A DNA stretch of 64,000 nt from an uncultured delta proteobacterium (GTDB lineage Bacteria; Myxococcota_A; Polyangia; Fen-1088). Location of the stretch: positions 64,001-128,000 of the forward strand of contig CAVTRY010000006.1 of the NCBI GenBank assembly GCA_963737265.1, given 5' to 3'. The position numbers and the translations under genes are program-made. Numbering within the stretch: the first letter of the stretch is position 1; the number at the start of each line of letters is the position of its first letter. The notes beneath the pieces were generated by a model. It saw only the letters and a program-made list of their open reading frames with translations. It ran no database searches and was not told the DNA's origin. This document shows, one piece after another, positions 18,914-27,853 of this stretch.

Positions 18914-19642
18914 ATGGACGTCGTTCTGCTGGCAGCCGGGCTGGGAAGCCGACTCGGCTCGCTCACTCGGGATCTGCCCAAGGCTCTGATCGAGGTGGGT
19001 GGGCGGTCGCTGCTGCTCCACGCCCTATCGTTCGCGCGCAGGCTTCGTCCTTCGCGCATCGTCGTCGTGGGTGGCTTCTGCTTTCCCTTGCTGCGCCTGG
19101 CGCTGGCCGAGTTTCGCGGCGGCGATACGCCGCCCATCGAATTGGTTGAGAACACCCACTTCCGCGACGGCAATTTGGTTTCGCTCTTGACCGCCAAGCC
19201 GCTCGTTTCCGAAGGCTTTCTCGTCATGAACGTGGACCACATCTACCGGCCCAGCATCGCCGCCGTGGTGGCTCCGGAAGTCGCCGAGGTGACCGCCTTT
19301 ATCGACACCGACCGCAAGCTCGGCGACGACGATATGAAAGTCGAGCGGGGCGGCGACGGCCGGGTCGTGGCGATCGCGAAGACGCTGGCCAAATTCGACT
19401 GTGGCTATGTGGGCATGACCCGCGTGCCGGGCGCGCTGCTTGAGCGCTATTTTCTGGAAGCCGATCGCGCGCTGGCCGAAGAAGGCCCCGCCATCCACGT
19501 TGAACGGATCTTGGCCCGCTTGGCGAAGACCGTCGCCGCCCCCAGTTGCCGAGACATCAGCGGCCACGGCTGGCTGGAGGTCGACACCCCAGTCGAGCGC
19601 GCGGCCGCGGAAGCCAGGCTGGCTTCGGCCGGTTGGGCGTAA
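18914..19642 (+). CDS. Nucleotidyltransferase (LicC/IPCT-like cytidylyltransferase)
   Basis: LLAAGLGSRLG...PKAL, DDMKV, YVG and WLEVDTP. Confidence 0.85.
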   Translation: MDVVLLAAGLGSRLGSLTRDLPKALIEVGGRSLLLHALSFARRLRPSRIVVVGGFCFPLLRLALAEFRGGDTPPIELVENTHFRDGNLVSLLTAKPLVSEGFLVMNVDHIYRPSIAAVVAPEVAEVTAFIDTDRKLGDDDMKVERGGDGRVVAIAKTLAKFDCGYVGMTRVPGALLERYFLEADRALAEEGPAIHVERILARLAKTVAAPSCRDISGHGWLEVDTPVERAAAEARLASAGWA

Positions 19643-19672
19643 GGCGCCGCGCGTGGTAATCCACGCTCACGC

Positions 19673-20947
19673 ATGAACGTGCCTTCGCAAACGCTCTGGT
19701 ATCCCTACGCGCAGATGCTCGGCCTCGAGATCCAGAACGAGGTCGTGCGCGCGCACGGAGTGGAGCTCCACCTTCGCGACGGGCGAATTCTCATCGACGC
19801 CATCGCGAGCTGGTGGTGCGTGATCCACGGCTACAACCATCCCGAGCTGAATGCGGCGCTGCAGGCGCAAATGGACGATTTCGCCCACGTCATGCTCGGC
19901 GGCCTCACCCACGCGCCCGCGCAGCGTCTGGCCGATCGATTGGTGGCGCTGGCGTCGCCGGGGCTGGCGCACGTATTCTTTGCCGACTCGGGGTCCGTGG
20001 GCATGGAAGTGGCCATGAAAATGGCGGTGCAGTACTGGAAGAACCTCGGCGTGCCGGGCAAACACGCCTTCCTGTCGCTCCGCCACGCCTACCACGGCGA
20101 CACCACCGGCGTGATGAGCCTCGGCGATCCCGACGATGGCATGCATCGGCTATTCGCCGGCTTTCTGCCCCGACAACACTTCGTTGCGCCGCCGGAAGGA
20201 ATGGGCAAGGGACGCGGTGAAATCCGCCGCTCGGTCGACGAAGCCCTCGTCGAGCTGCGAACCACACTGGCCCAGCGCGGGCACGAAATCGCCGCCTTCG
20301 CCTGCGAGCCCCTTTTGCAAGGCGCCGGCGGTTTCAATTTCTATCCGCCGAGCTATCTGACCCAAGCACGCCGCCTGTGCGACCAGCACGACGTGCTCCT
20401 CGTCTGCGACGAAGTGGCGACCGGGTTCGGCCGCACTGGCACCCTGTTCGCCTGCGAGCAGGCCGGCATCACCCCGGACATCCTGGTGTTGGCCAAGGGC
20501 CTCACTGCCGGCTACCTCGGGTTGTCGGCCACCCTGGCCACCCATCGCGTGTTCCAGGCGTTCCTGGGTGACGGCCAGGCCAAAGCGTTCATGCACGGGC
20601 CGACGTTTATGGGCAATGCCCTGGCCTGCGCCGTGGCCCTGGCGAGCATCCACATTTTCGAGCGCGACGGCTATCTGGCCAAGATCCACCGCATCGAGGA
20701 CATTCTGCGTGAAGAGCTGCTTGATCTGCGCGCGCCCGCCATTCGCGAAACACGCGTTTTCGGAGCATGCGGCGTCGTCGAGGTTCACGACCCGTCCGCG
20801 TGGCAAGGCATTCAAGACTTCGCAGCCAGGCGCGGGGTGTGGCTGCGCCCCTTCGACAAAGTGGTCTACACCATGCCCGCGTATGTGATTGACGAGCCCA
20901 GTCTGCGCCGCGTTTGCCAAACCATGCGCGCCTGGTTTGGCGGCTAA
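19673..20947 (+). CDS. bioA: Adenosylmethionine-8-amino-7-oxononanoate transaminase
   Basis: LWYPYAQM, SWWCVIHGYNH, DSGSVGMEVAMKMA, YHGDT, DEVATGFGRTG and HGPTFMGN. Confidence 0.95.
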   Translation: MNVPSQTLWYPYAQMLGLEIQNEVVRAHGVELHLRDGRILIDAIASWWCVIHGYNHPELNAALQAQMDDFAHVMLGGLTHAPAQRLADRLVALASPGLAHVFFADSGSVGMEVAMKMAVQYWKNLGVPGKHAFLSLRHAYHGDTTGVMSLGDPDDGMHRLFAGFLPRQHFVAPPEGMGKGRGEIRRSVDEALVELRTTLAQRGHEIAAFACEPLLQGAGGFNFYPPSYLTQARRLCDQHDVLLVCDEVATGFGRTGTLFACEQAGITPDILVLAKGLTAGYLGLSATLATHRVFQAFLGDGQAKAFMHGPTFMGNALACAVALASIHIFERDGYLAKIHRIEDILREELLDLRAPAIRETRVFGACGVVEVHDPSAWQGIQDFAARRGVWLRPFDKVVYTMPAYVIDEPSLRRVCQTMRAWFGG

Positions 20948-20966
20948 TGATGGCGATCTCCAGACG

Positions 20967-21353
20967 CTATCGCTTCGGGGAGAAGCGTCTAACGATGCGA
21001 TCCAGATCCGAGCTGTGGAACAGGTCAATGCACTTCATCGTCTGCAGGGGCTGCCCCGACAAGCTGAGATACTTGTGGACCAGAAATTCGTCGGCGAGCT
21101 TCGCGATCTCGGCGTAGGCGTCGGCACTCACGGATCCGCGTTCGAGATATCCTGCCGCGCTCGCGCTAGCATCGGGGTCCAGCGGCGACCCCGGGAAGGC
21201 CTGGCTGAGGCACCTCGCAAGGGCGTAGTTTCTGAGAAGATCCGCCTGCGAGTACTTCCGAGCGACGAACCGTTCCACATCCGCCGGTGCCGTCGCCATC
21301 GAAAAGACGAAGGCCATCGCCGCGACCAAGGCCCGCATCACGGCAGTGCCCAA
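20967..21353 (-). CDS. Tai4-family T6SS amidase immunity protein
   Basis: Signal peptide; NYALARCL, DASASAAGYLE and MKCIDLFHS; directly downstream of the Tae4-like gene. Confidence 0.8.
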   Translation of the reverse strand: MGTAVMRALVAAMAFVFSMATAPADVERFVARKYSQADLLRNYALARCLSQAFPGSPLDPDASASAAGYLERGSVSADAYAEIAKLADEFLVHKYLSLSGQPLQTMKCIDLFHSSDLDRIVRRFSPKR

Positions 21354-21808
21354 AAGAGGAGCCGTTTCGCCTCAAGAAAATAGCAATGATCGGAGCACGT
21401 CACGCCATCCCACAGCGTGGCGTGCCCGGATGCATCTCCCCAGATGGCCACCTCGAACAAAAGGATTCCCCTTTTTTCCATGAGGCCGAGGCCTCCCGCG
21501 CTTGGACCCATCAGGATTCCGTCGGGCTTTCCCAGGCTATGGCGAAGAAACGCAGCGAGATCCATCAGCCGAAAGAAATACTGATAGTGGTCGCCGCCAG
21601 AAACGGTCTCACCCTCAAGCCGCGGAATCGGAAGCCCCGCACGATTCAAGACGTAACTCATCCTGAGGGCGCAAGCGTTGGTGAATATATGGGCATCGAT
21701 ATTCGCCTTGACCTTGCCGCCTATTTGATTGCCAACGGTCGCCAGGGTTCCGTCGCCATGGATAGTCTGAAATAGGGCCCATGTTTGCGTAAACTGTGGT
21801 CGCCGCAT
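21338..21808 (-). CDS. Tae4-family peptidoglycan amidase effector
   Basis: NACALRMSYVLN (catalytic Cys), GILLF, WGDASGHATLWDG (catalytic His) and CSDHCY. Confidence 0.9.
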   Translation of the reverse strand: MRRPQFTQTWALFQTIHGDGTLATVGNQIGGKVKANIDAHIFTNACALRMSYVLNRAGLPIPRLEGETVSGGDHYQYFFRLMDLAAFLRHSLGKPDGILMGPSAGGLGLMEKRGILLFEVAIWGDASGHATLWDGVTCSDHCYFLEAKRLLFWALP

Positions 21809-22011
21809 TTGATCCTCTCCTATTCACGGATAGTGCCCTCAAATGCTCGGACCGACAACATGGTTCGACCGGTGAGAGGAGGCCCCGTCACCTCATAAGC
21901 GTTAAGCGGGGCGTGCCCCAGAAATCCGCACCCCTTCTCCCCGGTCCGCATCCGGTCCGCCGGGGGGAGTCGGTACAAGCGCCATTTCCTTTTCACCGAA
22001 TCGTATCTGTT

Positions 22012-22158
22012 AGGCAAAGACTCGGCTTGGCAGGCCTTGCTATTGCCTGCCTTGCGTATTCCTTCTGGCCGCGAAACGCGAGCCTGCGCGAGTTTTCTCC
22101 CGACGCCATGGGCCGGCTCGAAACCGCGATGTGGCGAGACTACTACGATTGGACATGA
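22012..22158 (+). pseudogene. N-terminal fragment of an uncharacterised conserved protein
   Basis: RLGLAGLAIACLAYSFWPRNASLREFSPDAMGRLETAMWRDYYD followed by stops; no clear start codon. Confidence 0.6.
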
Positions 22159-22453
22159 TTGAACCTCTGGCTGTGATACGAACCAGAGTCGAATTCGGAT
22201 CGCCCTGCTGGTTCGCCCGTCTCACTCCAACGCCGCAAGCCCGTGCATCGTCGCGAATTCGGTCGTGACAAACACAAGGCGATAAACACAGCCAGGTGCC
22301 AGCGATGGTTTGCGCGCGCAGGTGGCGAGATCACGGACTGCCGCAACTGAAGCGTCAACACGAGATGAATCAACCCAAAATTCCACACGCCAGGTTCCAC
22401 CCGGTAGGGTTTTCCATCGCGGGCGGCGCGTCGGGGCCTTCGCGGGAGACGCG

Positions 22454-23086
22454 GTGATTAGTTGCAAGCTGTGCCAAGCAACTGCGTGCGTGCGCGTTTG
22501 CCCGCGTGCGCGGCGAACCTTCCTTCACTGTCCGGCGTGCGGTCTCGTCTTCGTTCCCGACAGGGAATACCCGACTGTCGCGGCCGAGCGCTCGCGCTAC
22601 GATCGGCATGACAACACGCCGACCAATCTCGGCTATCGGCGCTTTCTTTCCGAGGTCGCTGATGCGGTGGACCGGCTGGACTTGGGTGCTGGAACCATCC
22701 TCGACTTCGGCGCGGGCGAGCACGCCGTGCTCACGCAGTTGTTGCAAGAGCGGGGACGGCGCGCGCGGGACTACGATCCTCTTTACGGCCGGGGGCTGAA
22801 TGCGCTCGCCGAGCGCTACGACCTAGTCATCGTGTGCGAGGTCATCGAGCACTTGCGCGACCTTACCGGCGAATTGACGAGACTTGAGTCCTGTCTGCAC
22901 CCGGGTGGCCGCGTGCTGTTGCGGACGCAGATTCACCCATCCGTCGACGATATCGCCGATTGGTGGTACAGCCGCGATCCGACTCACCTGAACTTTTTCG
23001 CCCGCGACACCCTCGCGACCGTCGCGGCGCTCTTGCGGAAGACCGCGGTCACGGCGCTAGCGGCCGATCTGTTCCTCATTGCGTGA
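22454..23086 (+). CDS. Class I SAM-dependent methyltransferase with an N-terminal Cys pair
   Basis: CKLC and CPAC, ILDFGAG, EVIEHL, and WWYSRDPTHLNFF; GTG start with a ggag RBS. Confidence 0.88.
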   Translation: MISCKLCQATACVRVCPRARRTFLHCPACGLVFVPDREYPTVAAERSRYDRHDNTPTNLGYRRFLSEVADAVDRLDLGAGTILDFGAGEHAVLTQLLQERGRRARDYDPLYGRGLNALAERYDLVIVCEVIEHLRDLTGELTRLESCLHPGGRVLLRTQIHPSVDDIADWWYSRDPTHLNFFARDTLATVAALLRKTAVTALAADLFLIA

Positions 23087-23193
23087 TGGTGTGGCGCGAC
23101 GATTTCCTCAGCGGCCGTTTCATGAGGGATGAGGCTGCAGGCTCAGGCTAGGTGAATGCAGTCTGGCTCAAATGAAGCCTGTTTCCGATGCCT

Positions 23194-24204
23194 CTACTTC
23201 CGCGCCGGAAGTCCCACCCGGCGAGCGAGGCCGCGCATGCGCTCGGCCGCTTCGGTGGTAAACACGCCCCAGCGGTTGGAGAACGGCAGCGACGTGCGCA
23301 CCATGCAGTCCACCCCGCAGCCGTCTTCGCAACCCTTGGCTTTCCGGTTGGCCTTGATTTGGGCCAACGTCACGTCGGCGAGCTTGCCCACCGGATCGGT
23401 GTGATTGCAGTAGTGAAAATTGCCTTCGGGCGAGACGTAGAACGCCTTGCTTCCGCCCATGCAGGTCCACGAGAGCGGCTTGCCCGACAGAATGCGCTCG
23501 TAGTAATCGATGAGGTAGTAGGGATTGGAAACCGGCTTGCCCTCACGCTTCTGCTGTTTGAGCCAGCGGACCTTTTCGAGGTAACGGGCGCTGTTCGGCC
23601 CGAAAACGATGCGCCCGCGGTCGTGGACCACGGCGAGGAAGATCGGGACCCCGAGGTCGAAGCAGAATTCGGCTAGCGCCTGAATTTCGTCCAGGGTTGC
23701 TTCGCAGATGCACGCCGCAACGTAAAACCACAAACCGCGCCGCGCGACCATTTCGATCTTCGAACGCAGCGTCTTGAGCGACTTGGGCGTGGCGGGCGTG
23801 GGGGAAAGGCCATCCACCGAGATCTGAATGCGCCCCATGCCGGCGTCGATGAGCTCGTCGAGCTTTTCTGGCGTGAGCAAGAATGCGTTGGTGGTCATGC
23901 CGGTGGTCATGCCCTGCTTGCGCACGTGGCGCATGAGCGGAACGATATCGGGATGCAGCAGCGGCTCGCCGCCGATGAGATCGGCGTGCAGTACGCCTAG
24001 CTCTTTGCACTTGTCGATCCTCGCCACCACGTCGGCGAAGGGAACGTGACCTTTGGCGTTGTCATACTCGGTGCAATAGCCACACGTCAGATTGCACTTC
24101 CACGTCACGTTGAGCTGCGCCCACAGCGGCCGGCCGTCGAAGCCACGGGGCACGCCGCGCAGGAAACCGGCGACCGACAGGGGATTTTTCACCTTGGGTT
24201 TCAT
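23194..24204 (-). CDS. Radical SAM protein with a C-terminal Cys-rich (SPASM/twitch-like) region
   Basis: CNLTCGYC, GGEPLLHPD, TTNA and ISVDG; ATG at 24204 overlaps the MATE stop. Confidence 0.9.
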   Translation of the reverse strand: MKPKVKNPLSVAGFLRGVPRGFDGRPLWAQLNVTWKCNLTCGYCTEYDNAKGHVPFADVVARIDKCKELGVLHADLIGGEPLLHPDIVPLMRHVRKQGMTTGMTTNAFLLTPEKLDELIDAGMGRIQISVDGLSPTPATPKSLKTLRSKIEMVARRGLWFYVAACICEATLDEIQALAEFCFDLGVPIFLAVVHDRGRIVFGPNSARYLEKVRWLKQQKREGKPVSNPYYLIDYYERILSGKPLSWTCMGGSKAFYVSPEGNFHYCNHTDPVGKLADVTLAQIKANRKAKGCEDGCGVDCMVRTSLPFSNRWGVFTTEAAERMRGLARRVGLPARK

Positions 24205-25622
24205 GACGAGGTCACACCGGCACTCTGCCACACCCCGCTCTTCCAGCGCCATCCGTTGGCCAGCGCGCGCGTCCATTCGTCGACGGCCATGCCGGCCCAA
24301 ATGCCCACCACGCCCCAACCCATGCCGAACGCCAGTCCCACGGCGGAGCCTAAACCGACGGTCCACATGAGCGACGTGCCGGCGATGGCGGGGAAGCGCG
24401 AATCGCCGGCCGCGCGCAGCGAGAAGGTGAGCGCGAGGTTGGCCGCCTTGGCCGGCTGAAGCAGGACGTCCAGCCACAGCAGCGACGCGCCCAGCGCCGC
24501 GATTCCGGCATCGTGGGTGAAGAGGCCAAGCAACCTATGGCCCGCCAGGGCTAGCGCAAGCGACGCGAGAAACGCGAGGCCCGCTCCCCACGCCACCGCG
24601 GTTCGAAGACGGCGATCGGCGGTGGCAAATCGGCGCGCCCCAACCAGGTGTGCAACCAGAATCTGCGCGCCGAAGGCCAGACCGTAACTGAAGAGGACGG
24701 GAAGATTGGCGAGGTTGGCCGCGTAGACACGGGCGGTGAGTGCGAAAGCGCCCAGACGCACGACCTGGCTGGCCAGCACCACTTGAAACAGTTGGTAGGA
24801 GATGGGCTCAACGGCCGAAGGCAGGCCAATGCGAATCAGGTGGCGCAGGATGCGCTTCCAGCCCAAGGCCAGCAGCATCCACGACGGATGAAAGTCGAGC
24901 CGCCGCACCACCAAGCCCAAGGTCGACAGGCCGACGATGCCCCACGAGAGCACGGTCGCGACGGCCACGCCTTGTACGCCGAAACAGGGCAGACCAAACA
25001 GGCGGCCCACCAGCAGCAGGTTGAAAACGGCGTTGAGTCCCACCATGGCTACCGACACCCACAGGTTCCAGCGGGTAAGCCCGCGCGCCGCCAGCAAATT
25101 GGTGAGACCGGCGATAAGGGCGCGGCCGACGAACCCAGCGCCGATAATGCGCAGAAATTCGACCGAATGTTCCGCGATGGCCCCGCGCAGTCCCAGGCCC
25201 CACACCAGCCAGGGGCTGGACAAGCTCAGCAATGCCCCCAGCACGAGACCACTGCCGCCCAGCACGGTGAGCACGAGAGCGAAGGTAGCTTGCGCCATGC
25301 GTGGCCGGCCAGCCCCGAGGTACTGCCCCGCGATGGCGGCGCCCGCCTGCCCCATGGCGCCGAGGACGGTCTGCGTCAGCATGAACACCGGCAAGGTGGC
25401 GCCCACGCCCGCCGCGGCGTCATCGGAAATGCGCGACAGAAACCACGAATCGAGAATCGGGCCGGAGATGCCCGCCGCCATGGTGACCATCACCGGCCAC
25501 GAAATCGCAATCAGGGACTGCTCGTGCACCGGCGGCGCTGCGCTAACTGGGCGAGGCTTGGGAGCCGGCGAGTCTGCGGCACGCGAGGTGCCGGTAGCAA
25601 CGAGGTTGAGATCTGAACGCAT
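24201..25622 (-). CDS. MATE-family efflux transporter
   Basis: DSWFLSRISDDAAAGVG, GQYLGAG, GVAVAT, IGLPSA and LRAAGD; about 12 TM helices. Confidence 0.92.
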   Translation of the reverse strand: MRSDLNLVATGTSRAADSPAPKPRPVSAAPPVHEQSLIAISWPVMVTMAAGISGPILDSWFLSRISDDAAAGVGATLPVFMLTQTVLGAMGQAGAAIAGQYLGAGRPRMAQATFALVLTVLGGSGLVLGALLSLSSPWLVWGLGLRGAIAEHSVEFLRIIGAGFVGRALIAGLTNLLAARGLTRWNLWVSVAMVGLNAVFNLLLVGRLFGLPCFGVQGVAVATVLSWGIVGLSTLGLVVRRLDFHPSWMLLALGWKRILRHLIRIGLPSAVEPISYQLFQVVLASQVVRLGAFALTARVYAANLANLPVLFSYGLAFGAQILVAHLVGARRFATADRRLRTAVAWGAGLAFLASLALALAGHRLLGLFTHDAGIAALGASLLWLDVLLQPAKAANLALTFSLRAAGDSRFPAIAGTSLMWTVGLGSAVGLAFGMGWGVVGIWAGMAVDEWTRALANGWRWKSGVWQSAGVTSS

Positions 25623-25751
25623 GGGTACTTCAGGCGGCTCCGCCCGCGTCGGCGATAGCACAGATCAGGCAAGCGCGACACCAATCAGCGAAGACGTGTG
25701 CGCCGAACGCCGCATCGTCTTTTTCCAACAGAAGGGGTATTCTCCTGCCCC

Positions 25752-27215
25752 ATGGGCGACGGGGAGAAGAGCCGTCGGGCTCTCGACGCAACCATTCTCG
25801 TCAGCGGCGCGTCCGAGGACGGAGCCGCGGCCATCGCCGATGGGTTGGCGGGCACTCGTTTGCAGCACTTCGCGCTGGTGCGCCTGCTTGGCCGCGGCGG
25901 TATGGGCGCGGTCTACTACGGCACCGACCTGTCGCTGGATCGGCCGGTGGCCGTCAAGGTGCTAGCCATCGAAATCGCGGGCGATCCCGAGATCGTCACG
26001 CGCTTCGAGGTCGAGGCCCGCGCCCAGGCGCGCGTGCGCCACCCCAACATCGCGCAGATCTATTTCATCGGCGAGGATCGCGGGTTTCATTTCTTCGTCA
26101 TGGAATACCTGGAGGGGCCGGCGCTCGATGCCTTGCTCGCGCGACCTCGGCCCCTGCCGGTAACCGAGGCGCTCGACTACGCCCTCGCCGCGGCCCGTGG
26201 CCTGCGTGCGGCCCTGGCCCACGGCTTCGTCCACCGCGACGTCAAGCCTTCCAACCTCATGCTCGACCACGAAGCCGGGCTCAAGATTCTCGACTTCGGC
26301 CTGGTCAAGAGCATGCACGGCGATTCCCAGCTCACCCAGGCGGGCGCCATCATCGGCTCGCCGCTCTACATGTCGCCCGAGCAAGGGCGCGGCCTCATCG
26401 TCGATCACCGCTCCGACATCTATTCGCTCGGCTGCACGCTCTTCCACATGTTGGCCGGCCGCCCGCCCTTCAACGGGCCGTCTCCGGTCGGCATCATCAC
26501 CATGCACGTGACGGATCGCCCGCCGCCTTTGCGCGATCTCAATCCGGCGGTGCCGCACAACGTGGCTCGTATCGTCCTGCGCATGATGGCCAAGAAGCCA
26601 GAGGATCGCTACGGCGACTACGACGAGTTGATCGCCGCCCTCGATGCCGAACGCACGCCCCACCGCGAGCTGGGCGGCCTCGGCAGGCGCGGCATCGCGC
26701 TCGGCATCGACGCCGTCCTCCTGCTCGCGGCCGCGTTCTTCCTGCACTTGTGGGTCGTTCCGGTGGCCGTGGCCTACTTCATTCTGTGCCATCGCCTGCT
26801 CGGCCAGACACCCGGCAAATGGCTCCTCGGCATCCGCGTCGAGAGCAGCGCGGGTGGCCGTCTCGGCTGGAAGTCCGCCCTTATTCGCTTCCTCGCCTTC
26901 GCCTGGGGGCCGGTGGCGTGGACCCTGCTTGCCGTGCTCGTCTATACCCTGCACAGCAACGACCGCGTGGCCTTCCGGCTATCGCGCTTGACCTTGTCCG
27001 ATCTCGCCGTGCCCATCGTCTACATCGCCCTCGCTACCATCATCCTGGTCGGCTACCTGGCCGGCTTTCTCCTGGTCGCCTTTCATCCCAAGCGCCAGGC
27101 CTTGCACGACTTGCTCGCCCACACCCTGGTCTACTTCAAGTCCCGCGTGCCCGCCGGCGAGGTGGTCGAGGCGGTCAAGTCCACCGCCAGCGCCGCGTTG
27201 TCGAGGCATCGCTAA
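25752..27215 (+). CDS. Ser/Thr kinase fused to a C-terminal RDD domain
   Basis: [15 protein letters not shown] and DFG; then [22 protein letters not shown] and [11 protein letters not shown]. Confidence 0.9.
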   Translation: MGDGEKSRRALDATILVSGASEDGAAAIADGLAGTRLQHFALVRLLGRGGMGAVYYGTDLSLDRPVAVKVLAIEIAGDPEIVTRFEVEARAQARVRHPNIAQIYFIGEDRGFHFFVMEYLEGPALDALLARPRPLPVTEALDYALAAARGLRAALAHGFVHRDVKPSNLMLDHEAGLKILDFGLVKSMHGDSQLTQAGAIIGSPLYMSPEQGRGLIVDHRSDIYSLGCTLFHMLAGRPPFNGPSPVGIITMHVTDRPPPLRDLNPAVPHNVARIVLRMMAKKPEDRYGDYDELIAALDAERTPHRELGGLGRRGIALGIDAVLLLAAAFFLHLWVVPVAVAYFILCHRLLGQTPGKWLLGIRVESSAGGRLGWKSALIRFLAFAWGPVAWTLLAVLVYTLHSNDRVAFRLSRLTLSDLAVPIVYIALATIILVGYLAGFLLVAFHPKRQALHDLLAHTLVYFKSRVPAGEVVEAVKSTASAALSRHR

Positions 27216-27370
27216 CAGGCCCCCACCGACACCGAGTTACGAGCATCGGCGAATCCCGCAGCTTCGCCGATGCTCCGCCGAGCGATCGTGGAACATCCAA
27301 GTGACATAGGGCCTTCCGCCGAGATCGATCACGGATCGGCCAAGCAAGGGACACATGCCAGAGAAAAAAA

Positions 27371-27847
27371 ATGTACATCCGTCGTTCCGCGGTCCTCACA
27401 TTTGCCGCTTGTTTTGCGTGCTCAAGCAACCACAGTGCTGGGCAGGGGGACGCGGGTGGGACGGGAATCGCGATCCTCCTTGGCGATGCACTCTGTCTTG
27501 GCAGCTCGGCCGCGCCACCTGACGTGGACGCCGCTACCGTCGATCCTCTCTGCACAACGACGATGCCCACGGTCTCTTTCGCCAAAGACGTCGCGCCCAT
27601 CCTCGTCGGATGCACCGGCGAAATCTGCCACGCGTCCTGGACCTACAACACGCTCGTCGGACGAGAATCCACCGCCTGTTGCGACCACCGCTGGCTCATC
27701 CTGCCCGGTCAAGCTTCGTCGAGTCATGTGGTGCAAGCCTTGAATGGCATCGGCTGCGTCCCGCGAATGCCACTCGGGGGCGAGCTTCCGGAATCGAGTA
27801 TTGCGACCATCACCGCCTGGGTATGCCAGGGCGCGCTCGACAATTAA
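27371..27847 (+). CDS. Hypothetical Cys-rich lipoprotein
   Basis: Lipobox-like FAC; SFAKDVAPIL..CTGEICH, RMPLGG and WVCQGALDN. Confidence 0.7.
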   Translation: MYIRRSAVLTFAACFACSSNHSAGQGDAGGTGIAILLGDALCLGSSAAPPDVDAATVDPLCTTTMPTVSFAKDVAPILVGCTGEICHASWTYNTLVGRESTACCDHRWLILPGQASSSHVVQALNGIGCVPRMPLGGELPESSIATITAWVCQGALDN

Positions 27848-27853
27848 GCGGCG

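Noticed and set aside
22280-22400. actgccgcaactg, resembling part of a cobalamin riboswitch
   Set aside because: The other conserved elements (GGGAA box and B12 box) are not identifiable.
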